In this document: piece after piece, positions 1 through 9,578 of the stretch
Position numbering within the stretch: position 1 is the stretch's first letter
How the letters are laid out: the number at the start of each line of letters is the position of its first letter
Notes under the pieces: model-generated
Told to the model about the DNA's origin: nothing
Seen by the model: the letters and a program-made list of their open reading frames with translations, nothing else
Database searches by the model: none
Origin: Thermoanaerobaculia bacterium
Lineage (GTDB): Bacteria; Acidobacteriota; Thermoanaerobaculia; Multivoradales; Multivoraceae
NCBI GenBank assembly: GCA_963666565.1
Contig: OY762911.1
Location: 3,776,001-3,840,000 of the forward strand
Length of the DNA stretch: 64,000 nt
Direction of reading: 5' to 3'
Position numbers and translations under genes: made by a program

Positions 1-194
1 GAGACCATCGGCTGGTCGAGACCCATCGCCGACTCGAGCGCCTCCCGGTCCATGCTCGTCGAGACGTCGTTCTGCGCCAGCATCAGGTCGATCACGTCGC
101 CCGGGATGACCCGCATCGACACGAAGACGATCAGGCTGGCGAAGAACAGCGTCGGCGCCATGGCCAGCAACCGGCGGAGGATGTATGTCTTCAT
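1..194 (-). CDS. ABC peptide/nickel transporter permease (DppB/OppB family), N-terminal part only; runs off the window edge
   Basis: Manual translation from the ATG at 194: MKTYILRRLLAMAPTLFFASLIVFVSMRVIPGDVIDLMLAQ...MGLDQP, the typical N-terminus of DppB/OppB permeases. Confidence 0.85.
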   Translation of the reverse strand, partial: MKTYILRRLLAMAPTLFFASLIVFVSMRVIPGDVIDLMLAQNDVSTSMDREALESAMGLDQPMV

Positions 195-388
195 GGAAGG
201 CACAGGAGGATACAGGCCGGCGACACCCTCAGGGGACGGCGGCGTCCACAAAGTTCGACGACTGCCGACCTTGCGACGAGGACGACGATCCCGGATCCCG
301 CGCCACGGACCGGCGCCGACGCGCGATCCCGGCCTCCTTCTTGCAGGCGCCGCGCCAGGCACGGGCCGATAACGTCGGCGTGCCGAGA

Positions 389-2413
389 ATGCCCCCGAGT
401 GCCGCTTCATCCCGCCGAGCCCGCCGGCAGACAGCGCCAGCAGCGGCGCTGCTCGTTCTCTCCGCGTGGGCAGCGCCCGAGGCGGCCGCCTGGCCCCAGG
501 CAGGGTCCGCTCGCGACGCCGCCGGCGCCGACGCGGCGTCCGTCGCCGCCTTCGAGGGCGCCTGGGTTCGCAACCGTCAGCTCAGCGAAGACCCGATGGA
601 TCGGCTCGTCGCCCTGTTCGGGGCAGCAGCCGACGTGCCGGCGCCGCTGCGGGACTTCGCCCGGTCGATCTCCGACCGGCGGCGCGGCCTGCACATCGGG
701 TCGGATGGCGGACAGGTGAGGATTCAGAACGCGGCGGGCGAGATCCTCAGCCTCCCGGTCGACGGCCGGTCGCGCGTCGACAGCCGCGGCAACAGGACCA
801 GCGCCTACCTTGCGGGGGGCGCGCTGGAAGTCGTCACCGAGGGAGGCGGCTGGCTCTGGCACTGGCGCGAAACGTACTACCGGTCCGGCGACCGGCTCGT
901 CGGGACGACGGAGTCGCAGAACCTCGCGGTCGACCTGAACCTCAGGACCGTCTACGACTACGTCGAGGGCAAGCCGCCACCGGCAAGCTCGCCCCGAGTC
1001 GAGGAGATCGGCTCGGCGAGCCAGGCGGCACTCCGCATCGTGCCGCCGCAACGCAAACACCGCGAGTTGCTGAGCGGACCCGTCGACGTCCAGGCGCTGG
1101 TCCTCGATCCACTGATCGACACGGTCGAGTTCCTGCTCGACGGAGAGCGCGTCAAGCAGTCGAGGAGGCCGCCGTACAAGGCCACGATCCGCCTCGGCGA
1201 TCCGCCGCGCGAGCAGACTCTGGAAATCCGCGGCTACCGCAACGGAGGCGCCAGCCTCGGCGTCGACCGGATCGTGCTGAACGGGCTCGACCTGCCCTTC
1301 GCGGTCCGCATCGCCGGCCTGCGTCCCGTTGCCGGCGAGGGCGCGTCGGCAGTCAGCGTCGAGGCCCGCGTCTCCGTGCCGCCAGGGGTCGCTCTGGCGG
1401 GCGTCGACATCTACCGCGGCCAACGTCCGGTCGCCGCGTTCGACCGCCCGGACTGGAGAGAGAGCCGCGACCGGTCCCGCACGATCGGCGTCGACGCCCT
1501 GGTCGAGAACGTCTCGCCGGACGATTTCGTCCGGGTGTCGGCCCGACTCGAGGACGGGCGGGAACGGGAGGACGCCGAGCTCGTCCAGGGCGCCGAGTTC
1601 GAGAGCGAGGTCGATGTCCAACTGGTTCAACTCCAGATTCTCGCGGTCGACCGCGCCGGCAACCCGCTGAGCGACCTGCAGCCGGAGGATTTCGAGATCC
1701 TCGAGAACGGGGAGCGACTCCAGGTCGAGAACCTCCGCGGTTCCGACGACGTGCCGCTCGTTCTCGGCATCGCAATGGACTCCTCGGAGAGCATGCGACT
1801 GGTCTGGCGGCAGTTGCGCACCGTCGTCCGGAGGTTCCTGGCGGCGGCACTGGACGTCGACGATCGAGCGTTCCTCGTCGACTTCGACGACACGGTCCGG
1901 CTCCTGCAACCGCCGACGGGCGACCGGTCCCTGCTGGCTGTCCGCCTCAACCGCCTTCTCGCCGAAGGCGGCACGGCGATCAACGACGGGCTTCTCTTCT
2001 CGCTCCTCCAGTTCCGCGGGGAACCCGGGCGCCGCGCCCTGATCCTGGTGACCGACGGCGACGACCGGCACAGCCGAACGAAGACGGCCCAGGTCACGGA
2101 CTTCGCCGAACGCGCCGGGATCCCCATCTACTTCATCGCCGTCGGCTGGGGAGACCCACCCCGCGGCCTGGTGCGAAAGCTCAGCCGGCGCACGGGCGGC
2201 CGCCTGTTCCGCATCCACCCGAGCCTGTCTCCGTCCGGTCTGGAAAGGGCGTTGCAGGATGTGTTCGACCGGATCGACGAGGATCTCCGTCGCCAGCATG
2301 TGCTGACGTACTACTCCAACCGGCCGGTAGGCGCCGCGATCGAACCTCGCGTCGAGGCCGTGCGCGACGGGCTTGCGGTCAAGAGCGTCCTGCCGCTCGA
2401 CAGGGTCGACTAG
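389..2413 (+). CDS. Secreted VWA-domain protein (signal peptide, lipocalin-like domain, two Ig-like domains, Acidobacterial-type VWA); array copy 1
   Basis: ORF 185..2413, probable start ATG 389 before a signal peptide; GAWVRN motif; VEFLLDG/PPY Ig-like motif; MIDAS DSSES, GGTAIND, LVTDGDD, TGGR. Confidence 0.85.
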   Translation: MPPSAASSRRARRQTAPAAALLVLSAWAAPEAAAWPQAGSARDAAGADAASVAAFEGAWVRNRQLSEDPMDRLVALFGAAADVPAPLRDFARSISDRRRGLHIGSDGGQVRIQNAAGEILSLPVDGRSRVDSRGNRTSAYLAGGALEVVTEGGGWLWHWRETYYRSGDRLVGTTESQNLAVDLNLRTVYDYVEGKPPPASSPRVEEIGSASQAALRIVPPQRKHRELLSGPVDVQALVLDPLIDTVEFLLDGERVKQSRRPPYKATIRLGDPPREQTLEIRGYRNGGASLGVDRIVLNGLDLPFAVRIAGLRPVAGEGASAVSVEARVSVPPGVALAGVDIYRGQRPVAAFDRPDWRESRDRSRTIGVDALVENVSPDDFVRVSARLEDGREREDAELVQGAEFESEVDVQLVQLQILAVDRAGNPLSDLQPEDFEILENGERLQVENLRGSDDVPLVLGIAMDSSESMRLVWRQLRTVVRRFLAAALDVDDRAFLVDFDDTVRLLQPPTGDRSLLAVRLNRLLAEGGTAINDGLLFSLLQFRGEPGRRALILVTDGDDRHSRTKTAQVTDFAERAGIPIYFIAVGWGDPPRGLVRKLSRRTGGRLFRIHPSLSPSGLERALQDVFDRIDEDLRRQHVLTYYSNRPVGAAIEPRVEAVRDGLAVKSVLPLDRVD

Positions 2414-2452
2414 CGCCCCGAAACCCCGAGCATCGCGAGGGGTTTCGGGGCG
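2410..2452. repeat. REP-like palindrome family B (CTAG-CGCCCCGAAAC...GTTTCGG); 14-bp stem, may also terminate transcription
   Basis: cgccccgaaacccc (2414-2427) pairs with ggggtttcggggcg (2439-2452); related copies at 34688, 35565 and 60602. Confidence 0.65.
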
Positions 2453-2504
2453 GCCCGCCGTCGCGTCGAAGTGCGTCGAGTCTCGGTCACGTCAGTTCTT
2501 CCCG

Positions 2505-3254
2505 ATGCTCCAGGCAGCCATCCTCGCCACCGTCCTGCTGACCGCCGTCATCTCCGGTGTGCTCGGCATGGCCGGCGGCCTGATCCTGATGGCCGTGCTC
2601 GCGAGCGTTCTGCCGGTGACCGGAGCGATGATCCTGCACGGCGCCGTGCAGGCGACGTCGAACGGCGCGCGCTTCCTGTTTCTCCGGGACCGCATGATGT
2701 GGTCCGTGCTGCCGTGGTACGGCGTCGGCGCGGCGCTCGCGGTGCTGCTGTTCGCGGCGATCGCCTTCGTGCCCGATCCGGCCGTGGTGCTGATCGTCGT
2801 CGGCAGCTTCCCCTGGGTCGCGCGGCTGCTGCCGGCGCTCCGGGGTCTCGACGTGCGCAAGCGGCCGACGGCGGCGCTCTGCGGCCTGACCGTCACCGGG
2901 GCGCAACTTCTCGCCGGCGCGTCCGGGCCCCTGCTTGACGCGTTCTACCTGGAGACGGACGTCGACCGCCGCTCGATCGTCGCCACCAAGGCGTTCACGC
3001 AGACCGTCGGCCATCTCCTCAAGATCGGCTACTACGTGTGGGTGTCCCGAACGGTGCTGCCGGAGCTGCCCGAGGCCCGGCTCTCGCCGTGGCTGATCGC
3101 CGGCGGCATGGCGCTCGCCGTGGCGGGCGCGCGGATCGGGACGCGCCTCCTCGACCGGTTCGACGACCGCCAGTTCCGGCGGATCACCGGGCCGGTGATC
3201 CTGGCGCTGGGGGCGGTTTGCGTGCTGAAGGGGGTGCGGGACATGCTGGTCTGA
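2505..3254 (+). CDS. Sulfite exporter TauE/SafE family membrane protein
   Basis: Hydrophobic ~249-aa protein with SGVLGMAGG and GASGPLL motifs in the two-repeat TSUP pattern. Confidence 0.8.
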   Translation: MLQAAILATVLLTAVISGVLGMAGGLILMAVLASVLPVTGAMILHGAVQATSNGARFLFLRDRMMWSVLPWYGVGAALAVLLFAAIAFVPDPAVVLIVVGSFPWVARLLPALRGLDVRKRPTAALCGLTVTGAQLLAGASGPLLDAFYLETDVDRRSIVATKAFTQTVGHLLKIGYYVWVSRTVLPELPEARLSPWLIAGGMALAVAGARIGTRLLDRFDDRQFRRITGPVILALGAVCVLKGVRDMLV

Positions 3255-3267
3255 GCGGCCGCCTGTC

Positions 3268-3308
3268 GGGTGCGCGGGTCTTCTGACCCGCTGCCGCCGA
3301 TGGCGGCC
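3268..3308 (+). repeat. REP-like double hairpin, family A (41 bp)
   Basis: gggtgcgcgggtc-ttct-gacccgc-tgccgccgatggcggcc; near-identical copies at 26403-26443 (-) and 31562-31602 (+). Confidence 0.75.
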
Positions 3309-3350
3309 AGCGGTTGGCCTGTATCCTGCATGGATTCGAGAACCATCCTC

Positions 3351-5714
3351 ATGACGAGCACCAATGAGATCGGGCGACGGCAGCCGCTCTGCGTCCGTAG
3401 CGCGGGCCCGTGGCTTGCGGCAGGCGCCCTCGGCCTGCTCTGCGCGGCCGCCTCGACGGAAACGGGCGCCCAGGAACCGGCGGCCCCGGAGACGTCGGCC
3501 GCCACGATGCCCGGCGACCCCGTCGCCGCCATTCCGGGCATCTGGATCCGGGACGAACGGCTGAGCGAGGACGCGATCGAGAAGCTCGAGGAAGCCTACG
3601 GGCAGACCTTCGGCGGCGGACCGGGCCGGTCCCCCGGCGCGAACCCCGGCAGCGGCCGCACCGGAGGCTTCGGCCGCGCGGGCCAGGGCGGCCAGGGCCC
3701 TTCGGGCCGCGGCGGATTCGGCGGCGGCCGCTCCGGCCGGCAGCCGAGCGGTGCCCAGGACGGCCCGGCGGGGATGCGCGAGATGGCGCGCGAGCTCGCG
3801 GAGCGGCTCGACGTGCTGCTGATCCGCATCGACGACCCCCAGCTCCTGATCCGCAACGCGAAGCGCGAGGACCGCATCCTCTACCTCGACGGGCGCGACA
3901 TCGCCGACGGCTTCGGCGGCCGCAGCCGCGCCCGCCTTCTGGGCGACTCGCTGGAGGTCGAGACCGCCTCCCAGGGGCGGCAGCGGATCGAGACCTTCTA
4001 CCTGGAGGGCGATCGGCTCGTGCTGACGACCGACCTCCAGGGCGGACGCTTCGCCGACCTGTCGTTCCGCACGGTCTACGAGCGCTCCGGCGACGCGCCC
4101 GCGGTCGCGGTTCCAGCGTCCGTGCCGCCCGACCGCGACACGACCCAGGAAGACCCCGGCAGCCTGCGCCTCGACGGGTCCCCGCCGCGCGCCCGCGAGG
4201 CTGCCGCCGAACCGGCCGAGGACGGCTTCGACAGGGCCGACTTCCTGCCGCCGGTCGAGGAGCGTCTCGGCGGGCGCCGGCGGCCGGAACGCGCCGATGC
4301 CGCCCGCAGCGCGCGGCCGGCGACGATCCGCATCCTGCCGCCGGAGCGCGGCTACCGCGAGCTGCTCACCGGCCGCGTCCCGATCCAGACGCTCACGATC
4401 GACCCGCAGATCGCCGTCGTCGAGTTCCTCCTCGACGGCGAACGGGCGGCCCGCGACACGACGCCGCCGTTCGAGGCGAGGATCGAACTCGCCGATCCGC
4501 CCCGCGAACAGACGATCGAGGTCCGGGCAACCAGTGCCCGGGGCGCCCACGCCGGCACCGACAGGCTCGTCCTGAACCGCCTCGACCCGCCGTTCGCGGT
4601 CCGCATCGCCGGCATCGTTCCCGGCGAAGCCGACGGTCAGGAGACCGTCCGCGTGGAGGCCGGCATCTCCGTGCCGCGCTCCGAGACGCTCGAGCGAGTC
4701 GACTTCTACCGGACGGAACGGCTCGTCGCCTCGTTCGACGACTTCGAGGGCGAGGCCGGGCCCAGCGGCGTGCGCTCGGTGACGGCCGACGTCCCGACGT
4801 CCGCCGCCACGCCCCAGGACTTCGTCCGCGTCGTCGCCCGCCTGGGGGACGGCCGGGAACTCGAAGAGGTCGAACTGCTCCAGGGCGCCCGGTTCCAGGA
4901 CGAGGTCGACGTGCAGCTCGTCCAGCTCCAGGTGCTGGTGGTGGACCGCGGCGGCAACCCGGTCGGCGATCTCGAGCCGGGAGACTTCGAGGTCCGCGAG
5001 AACGGCGAGCGCCGCCAGGTCGAGAATCTCCACGTCTCGAACGAGATCCCCCTGTCCCTGGGCCTGGCGATCGACTCCTCCGGCAGCATGGAGCCCATCT
5101 GGCGCCGGACGAACGCGATCGCCGAGACCTTCCTGAACGGCGCCCTGACCTGGCGCGACCACGCCTTCCTGGTGGACTTCGACTCGACGCTGCGCTTGGT
5201 GCAGCCGCTCACCGGCAGCAAGCCGCTGCTGGCGCGCGGGCTGGAGCGCCTGTTCCCGCAGGGCAACACGGCCCTCTACGACGCGATCCTCTTCTCGCTG
5301 CTTCAGTACGGCGACGCGCCCGGCCGCCGCGCCCTGGTCGTCGTCACCGACGGCTTCGACTCGAACAGCCGCTCGGACCCCACCCGCGCGATCGACTTCG
5401 GCAAACGGCTGGGCGTCCCGGTCTACGTCGTCGCCATGCGTTCGATGGGCTTCGGCCCGACGACGATGGAGGACGCGAACCTCCGCAACAGCATGCGGCT
5501 CATCACCGGGCCGACCGGCGGCCGCCTGTTCCAGATCGAGTCGATCGACCAGATGGCCGCGGTGTTCGATCACATCGAAGAGGAGCTCCGGCGGCAGTAC
5601 GTCCTGACCTACTACAGCGAGCGCCCGTTCGGCTCCGCCGTCGAGCCGGAAGTCCGGATGACCCGAAGGGGCCTCCGGGTGCGGAGCGCCCTGCCGCTGG
5701 AGGCCATTGACTAG
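3351..5714 (+). CDS. Secreted VWA-domain protein, array copy 2, with Gly-rich insert in the N-terminal domain
   Basis: ORF 3270..5714, start uncertain (3300/3330/3351); signal peptide; GIWIRD; two Ig-like domains; MIDAS DSSGS, GNTALYD, VTDGFD. Confidence 0.85.
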   Translation: MTSTNEIGRRQPLCVRSAGPWLAAGALGLLCAAASTETGAQEPAAPETSAATMPGDPVAAIPGIWIRDERLSEDAIEKLEEAYGQTFGGGPGRSPGANPGSGRTGGFGRAGQGGQGPSGRGGFGGGRSGRQPSGAQDGPAGMREMARELAERLDVLLIRIDDPQLLIRNAKREDRILYLDGRDIADGFGGRSRARLLGDSLEVETASQGRQRIETFYLEGDRLVLTTDLQGGRFADLSFRTVYERSGDAPAVAVPASVPPDRDTTQEDPGSLRLDGSPPRAREAAAEPAEDGFDRADFLPPVEERLGGRRRPERADAARSARPATIRILPPERGYRELLTGRVPIQTLTIDPQIAVVEFLLDGERAARDTTPPFEARIELADPPREQTIEVRATSARGAHAGTDRLVLNRLDPPFAVRIAGIVPGEADGQETVRVEAGISVPRSETLERVDFYRTERLVASFDDFEGEAGPSGVRSVTADVPTSAATPQDFVRVVARLGDGRELEEVELLQGARFQDEVDVQLVQLQVLVVDRGGNPVGDLEPGDFEVRENGERRQVENLHVSNEIPLSLGLAIDSSGSMEPIWRRTNAIAETFLNGALTWRDHAFLVDFDSTLRLVQPLTGSKPLLARGLERLFPQGNTALYDAILFSLLQYGDAPGRRALVVVTDGFDSNSRSDPTRAIDFGKRLGVPVYVVAMRSMGFGPTTMEDANLRNSMRLITGPTGGRLFQIESIDQMAAVFDHIEEELRRQYVLTYYSERPFGSAVEPEVRMTRRGLRVRSALPLEAID

Positions 5715-5882
5715 GCGGGGCTCCGCCCCAGACCGACGAGCACATGAAACCGCGGAAAGCCCCACACTGGGTCCGCCGGCGGCCGCCGAAGGCGGCCAGG
5801 AAACGCACCGCGAACCGGCAGCGGCTGCGCCTGCCACTTTGCCGCGAATCTGCCTAAACTGTAGAGATGACGCCCGCTCGAG

Positions 5883-7946
5883 ATGTCTAGACGGGGCGGG
5901 AACCCAGGCGGCGCGGGCCGCGCCGCCCGGACAGCCGCCGCGACGGCGATGGCGATCGCCATGGCGGCGCCGGCGCCGAACGAGGGACAGGTCTGGAGCG
6001 ACCGAATGCTCGGCATTCCCGGCGTGCGCGAGGGTCTGCCTTTCTCCCCGCTTCTGGGCCCATGGATCCGGAACGACGCGCACAGCCAGCACCCGGTGAA
6101 GAACATCGAGACCCTGAGCCTCGACTCGGAGGACGACCTGGCGGGCCTGCGCCCGCTGGCGGAGGCATTTGCCGAGAGCAACGCCACCCTGATGATCCGG
6201 GTTCTCCAGGAGGACCTGGTGCTGCTCGACAGCCGCGGCAGCACGCTCCAGGTTCCGTACAACGGCAGGCGGCGGCGCCTCGGCGGCGGCCTCAGGGGAC
6301 AGGTTCTCGAGGCCGGCGAAACGGTCACGATCGAGATGACCGCCGATGACGGACGGCAACTCGACACCTTCTTCCGGGAGCGCCAGTGGCTCGTGCGGTG
6401 GACCGACATCGAACCCCGGGGCCTGCCCCCGTTCCAGGTCGACACGGTCTACGAGCGGCCGGGCCCGCCACCCGAACCGGACGGCTTCCCGGTCGAACCC
6501 CCCGCCGCCATCCGCATCGTGCCGCCCGAACGCGGCTACGGCGAACCGCTCAGCGGCCCGGTCGAGATCCAGACCCTGGCTATCGACCCCCGCATCGCCG
6601 AAGTCGAGTTCTTTCTCGACGGCGAACGAGTCAAGCGGGTTCGGAAGCGGCCCTTCAGGACCCGTGTCCGCCTCGCCCATCCGCCTCGTCCGCAGACGCT
6701 CGAAGTCGTGGCCCATGCCGAGCCCTGGATGTACCTCGGCCAGGATGAACTCGTCTACCTCGGCCAGGATGAACTCGTCCTCAACCAGGTCGACCTGCCA
6801 TTCGCCGTGCGCATCGAGGACATGAGCAGCCTGCAAGTGAACGGGAGTGCCGCGACACAGGTGGAGGCGTCCCTTTCGCTGCCCCGCTCCGCCGCGCTCG
6901 AGCAGGTCGAGTTCTACCGGAGCGACCTCCTCGTCGAGGCCCTGCGCGACTTCGGCCGAGAGGCGGCCGCGGGCGACCCACGCGCGATTCAAGTGGAGGC
7001 GCTGATCGACGGCGGCCAGCCCGACGACTTCATCCGCGTCGTGGCGAAGCTCGCCGACGGCCGCGAGCGGGAAGACGCGCAACTTCTCCAGGCCGCCGAC
7101 TACGAGAGCGAGATCGACATCCAGTTGGCCCAGTTCCAGGTGCTGGCGACCGACCGCGACGGCAACCCCGTGAGCGGACTCTCGACCGAGGACTTCGAGA
7201 TACGCGAGAACGGGCAGGAACGCTCCGCGACGGCCCTCCACACCGCGTACGACGTGCCGCTCGTACTCGGGCTCGCGATCGACTCGTCGGACAGCATGCT
7301 GCCTACCTGGAGTCGCCTGACGTACATCGCGCGGACCTTCCTTGAGAGCGCGCTGACGCCGGGCGACCGCGCCTTCCTCGTCGACTTCGACGACACGGTG
7401 CGCCTCGTTCAGCCGCTGACCGGGGACGAACCCCTGCTGTCCGAGCGCCTCGACCGCCTGATCCCGATGGGCGGCACGGCCCTGAACGACGGGCTCCTTT
7501 TCTCCCTCCTGCAGTACCGCGGCGAGCCCGGGCGGCGGGCGCTCGTCGTCATCACGGACGGCGCCGATCAGCACAGCCGTTCCAGCCCCGAGCAGTCCAG
7601 CGAGTTCGCGGAGCGGCTGGGCCTGCCGATCTACTTCATCGAGCTGGACAACTCCCGGCCCGGGAGTTCCGGCGCCGCCGCCCTTCGCCGCAACCGCGAG
7701 CGCCTCCGGCGCATCGCCGAAGAGACGGGCGGCCGTCTCTTCCATCTGCAGCTCCACGGCGGCTCGCGCTGGTGGGCCGAACCGATCGAGCAGGTCTTCG
7801 AGCAGATCGAGGAGGACCTGCGCCACCAGCACGTCCTGACCTGGTACACCGAACAGCCTCGCGGAGCGCCGGCCGAACCGGATATCCGGGTCACGCGGCG
7901 CGGGCTGAAGCTGCGCAGCGCCGTGCCGCTGCCGGGGATCGAGTAG
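5883..7946 (+). CDS. Secreted VWA-domain protein, array copy 3
   Basis: GPWIRN; two Ig-like domains; MIDAS DSSDS, GGTALND, ITDGAD. Confidence 0.85.
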   Translation: MSRRGGNPGGAGRAARTAAATAMAIAMAAPAPNEGQVWSDRMLGIPGVREGLPFSPLLGPWIRNDAHSQHPVKNIETLSLDSEDDLAGLRPLAEAFAESNATLMIRVLQEDLVLLDSRGSTLQVPYNGRRRRLGGGLRGQVLEAGETVTIEMTADDGRQLDTFFRERQWLVRWTDIEPRGLPPFQVDTVYERPGPPPEPDGFPVEPPAAIRIVPPERGYGEPLSGPVEIQTLAIDPRIAEVEFFLDGERVKRVRKRPFRTRVRLAHPPRPQTLEVVAHAEPWMYLGQDELVYLGQDELVLNQVDLPFAVRIEDMSSLQVNGSAATQVEASLSLPRSAALEQVEFYRSDLLVEALRDFGREAAAGDPRAIQVEALIDGGQPDDFIRVVAKLADGREREDAQLLQAADYESEIDIQLAQFQVLATDRDGNPVSGLSTEDFEIRENGQERSATALHTAYDVPLVLGLAIDSSDSMLPTWSRLTYIARTFLESALTPGDRAFLVDFDDTVRLVQPLTGDEPLLSERLDRLIPMGGTALNDGLLFSLLQYRGEPGRRALVVITDGADQHSRSSPEQSSEFAERLGLPIYFIELDNSRPGSSGAAALRRNRERLRRIAEETGGRLFHLQLHGGSRWWAEPIEQVFEQIEEDLRHQHVLTWYTEQPRGAPAEPDIRVTRRGLKLRSAVPLPGIE
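6732..6779 (+). repeat. Perfect in-frame 24-bp tandem duplication (YLGQDELV x2)
   Basis: tacctcggccaggatgaactcgtc occurs at 6732-6755 and 6756-6779; paralogs have a single unit. Confidence 0.95.
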
Positions 7947-7962
7947 GACGACGGGGAAGCGC

Positions 7963-9557
7963 GTGAAGACCTCGGTCTCCTTCCGTACCGCATTGGTCCT
8001 TGCGGTCGTGGTCGCGCCGGGGTCCTCCGGCAGTACGCCGGCCCTTGCCCAGGACGCGATTCCCGATCCTGGGACCGGAGCGGAGCGGAAGATGATCCAC
8101 ATCGTGCCGCCGGTCCTCGGCTACCTCGAACCGTTCAGCGGCAGAGTCGAGATCCAGACACTGATCATCCACCCGCTGATCGCCACGGTCGACTTCGTCG
8201 TCGACGGCAAGGTGACGTGGGGGGTCGCGAAGAAGCCGTACGTCGGCCGCATCGAACTAGCGGAACCGCCGCGAAGACAGACGCTCGAAGTCCGCGGCTA
8301 CGACGCACTGGGCCAGATCCTCGGCGCCGACCGGATGATCCTCAACCAGCCGGACGTGCCGTTCGGCGTCCGCATCGTCGCGATGCGCCGCCTGCAGGTG
8401 AATAGGCACGACCTTCTCGGCGTCGAGGTCGCCGTCTCGGTGCCCCGGTCCGCGAGGCTCGAACGGGTCCGGTTCTACCGCGGCGAACGCCTGGTCGAAG
8501 CGCTGCGTCTCTCCGGCGAAGACGCGGCGGCCGGCGCGCCGCGCAAGATCGCCGTCGACAGCCTGATGGAGTCCGTTCCCGCGGACAGCTTCGTCCGCGT
8601 CGTGGCCGAGCTCGCCGACGGCCGCGAATCGGAAGATGCGAGGCTCTTTCAGGGCGCCGAGCATCGGGACGAAATCGACGTCCGCCTCATCCAGCTCCAG
8701 GTGCTGGTGACCGATGGCCGTGGAAACCCTGTCAGCGGCCTGAAGTCGGAGGACTTCGAGATCCACGAGAACGGCAGGCGCCGTCCGGTGCAGAACCTCC
8801 ATACCGCTCACGACGTCCCCCTGGTTCTGGGACTGGCCATCGACACCTCGGACAGCATGAAGCCCATCTGGCGCAGGTGCGGGAAGCGTCCGCCGCCTTC
8901 CTCGAGGCTGCCCTGTCTCCGGGAGACCGGGCCTTCGCCGTCGACTTCGCGGGGACCGTCCGTCTGGCCCAACCGTTGACCGCAAACAAACCGCGGCTTA
9001 CGAGCCAGGTGAGATCGCTCGTCCCCAGAATCGGCACCGCACTGAACGACGGGATCCTGTTCTCCCTGCTCCAGTTCGGCCGGGAACCGGGGCGCCGGGC
9101 TCTGGTCGTCATGACCGACGGCATCGACCTGCACAGCCGGTCCACGCCGGAACAGTCCGCCGACTTCGCGGAGCGCCTTGGGCTTCCGATCTACTTCATC
9201 GAACTGGACCGGCCCGCCAGAAGAGCCATCGGTCGAAACGGCGGCCAGTTGAACGTCCCGAGAGAGCTGAATCGGCGACGACACCGGAAACGGCTCGAAA
9301 CGATCAGCCGCCGAACCGGCGGCCGCCTCTTCTACGTCGACCTGTCCGCCAACAATCCGCCGTGGACGCACCGCATCCAGGGTGTCTTCAGGCAGATCGA
9401 AGCCGACCTGCGGCACCAGCACGTTCTGACGTACTACACGGACGGGACGCCCGGCGCCGCCATCGCGCCGAGAGTCGGAGTGACCCGGCGCGGGCTCAGG
9501 CTGCGGAGCGCGGTACCCGTCGAGGCGATCGAGCTGCCTTCCGCGGCCGTCGAGTAG
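7963..9557 (+). pseudogene. VWA-domain protein, array copy 4 (no lipocalin-like domain), frameshifted near 8873
   Basis: ORF 7963..8979 carries the signal peptide, Ig domains and DTSDS MIDAS; homology continues in ORF 8877..9557. Sequence reads tgg cg- cag gtg where copy 1 has tgg cgg cag ttg, so one base is missing. Confidence 0.8.
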
Positions 9558-9578
9558 CCGCAGCAGGACACCGGTGCG

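Noticed and set aside
2487-8102. 1871-aa minus-strand ORF and many other long antisense or alternate-frame ORFs (e.g. 407..2299, 26800..29115, 39507..41861, 55101..58139)
   Set aside because: Shadow ORFs from high-GC codon bias; they overlap well-supported genes and have no recognisable motifs
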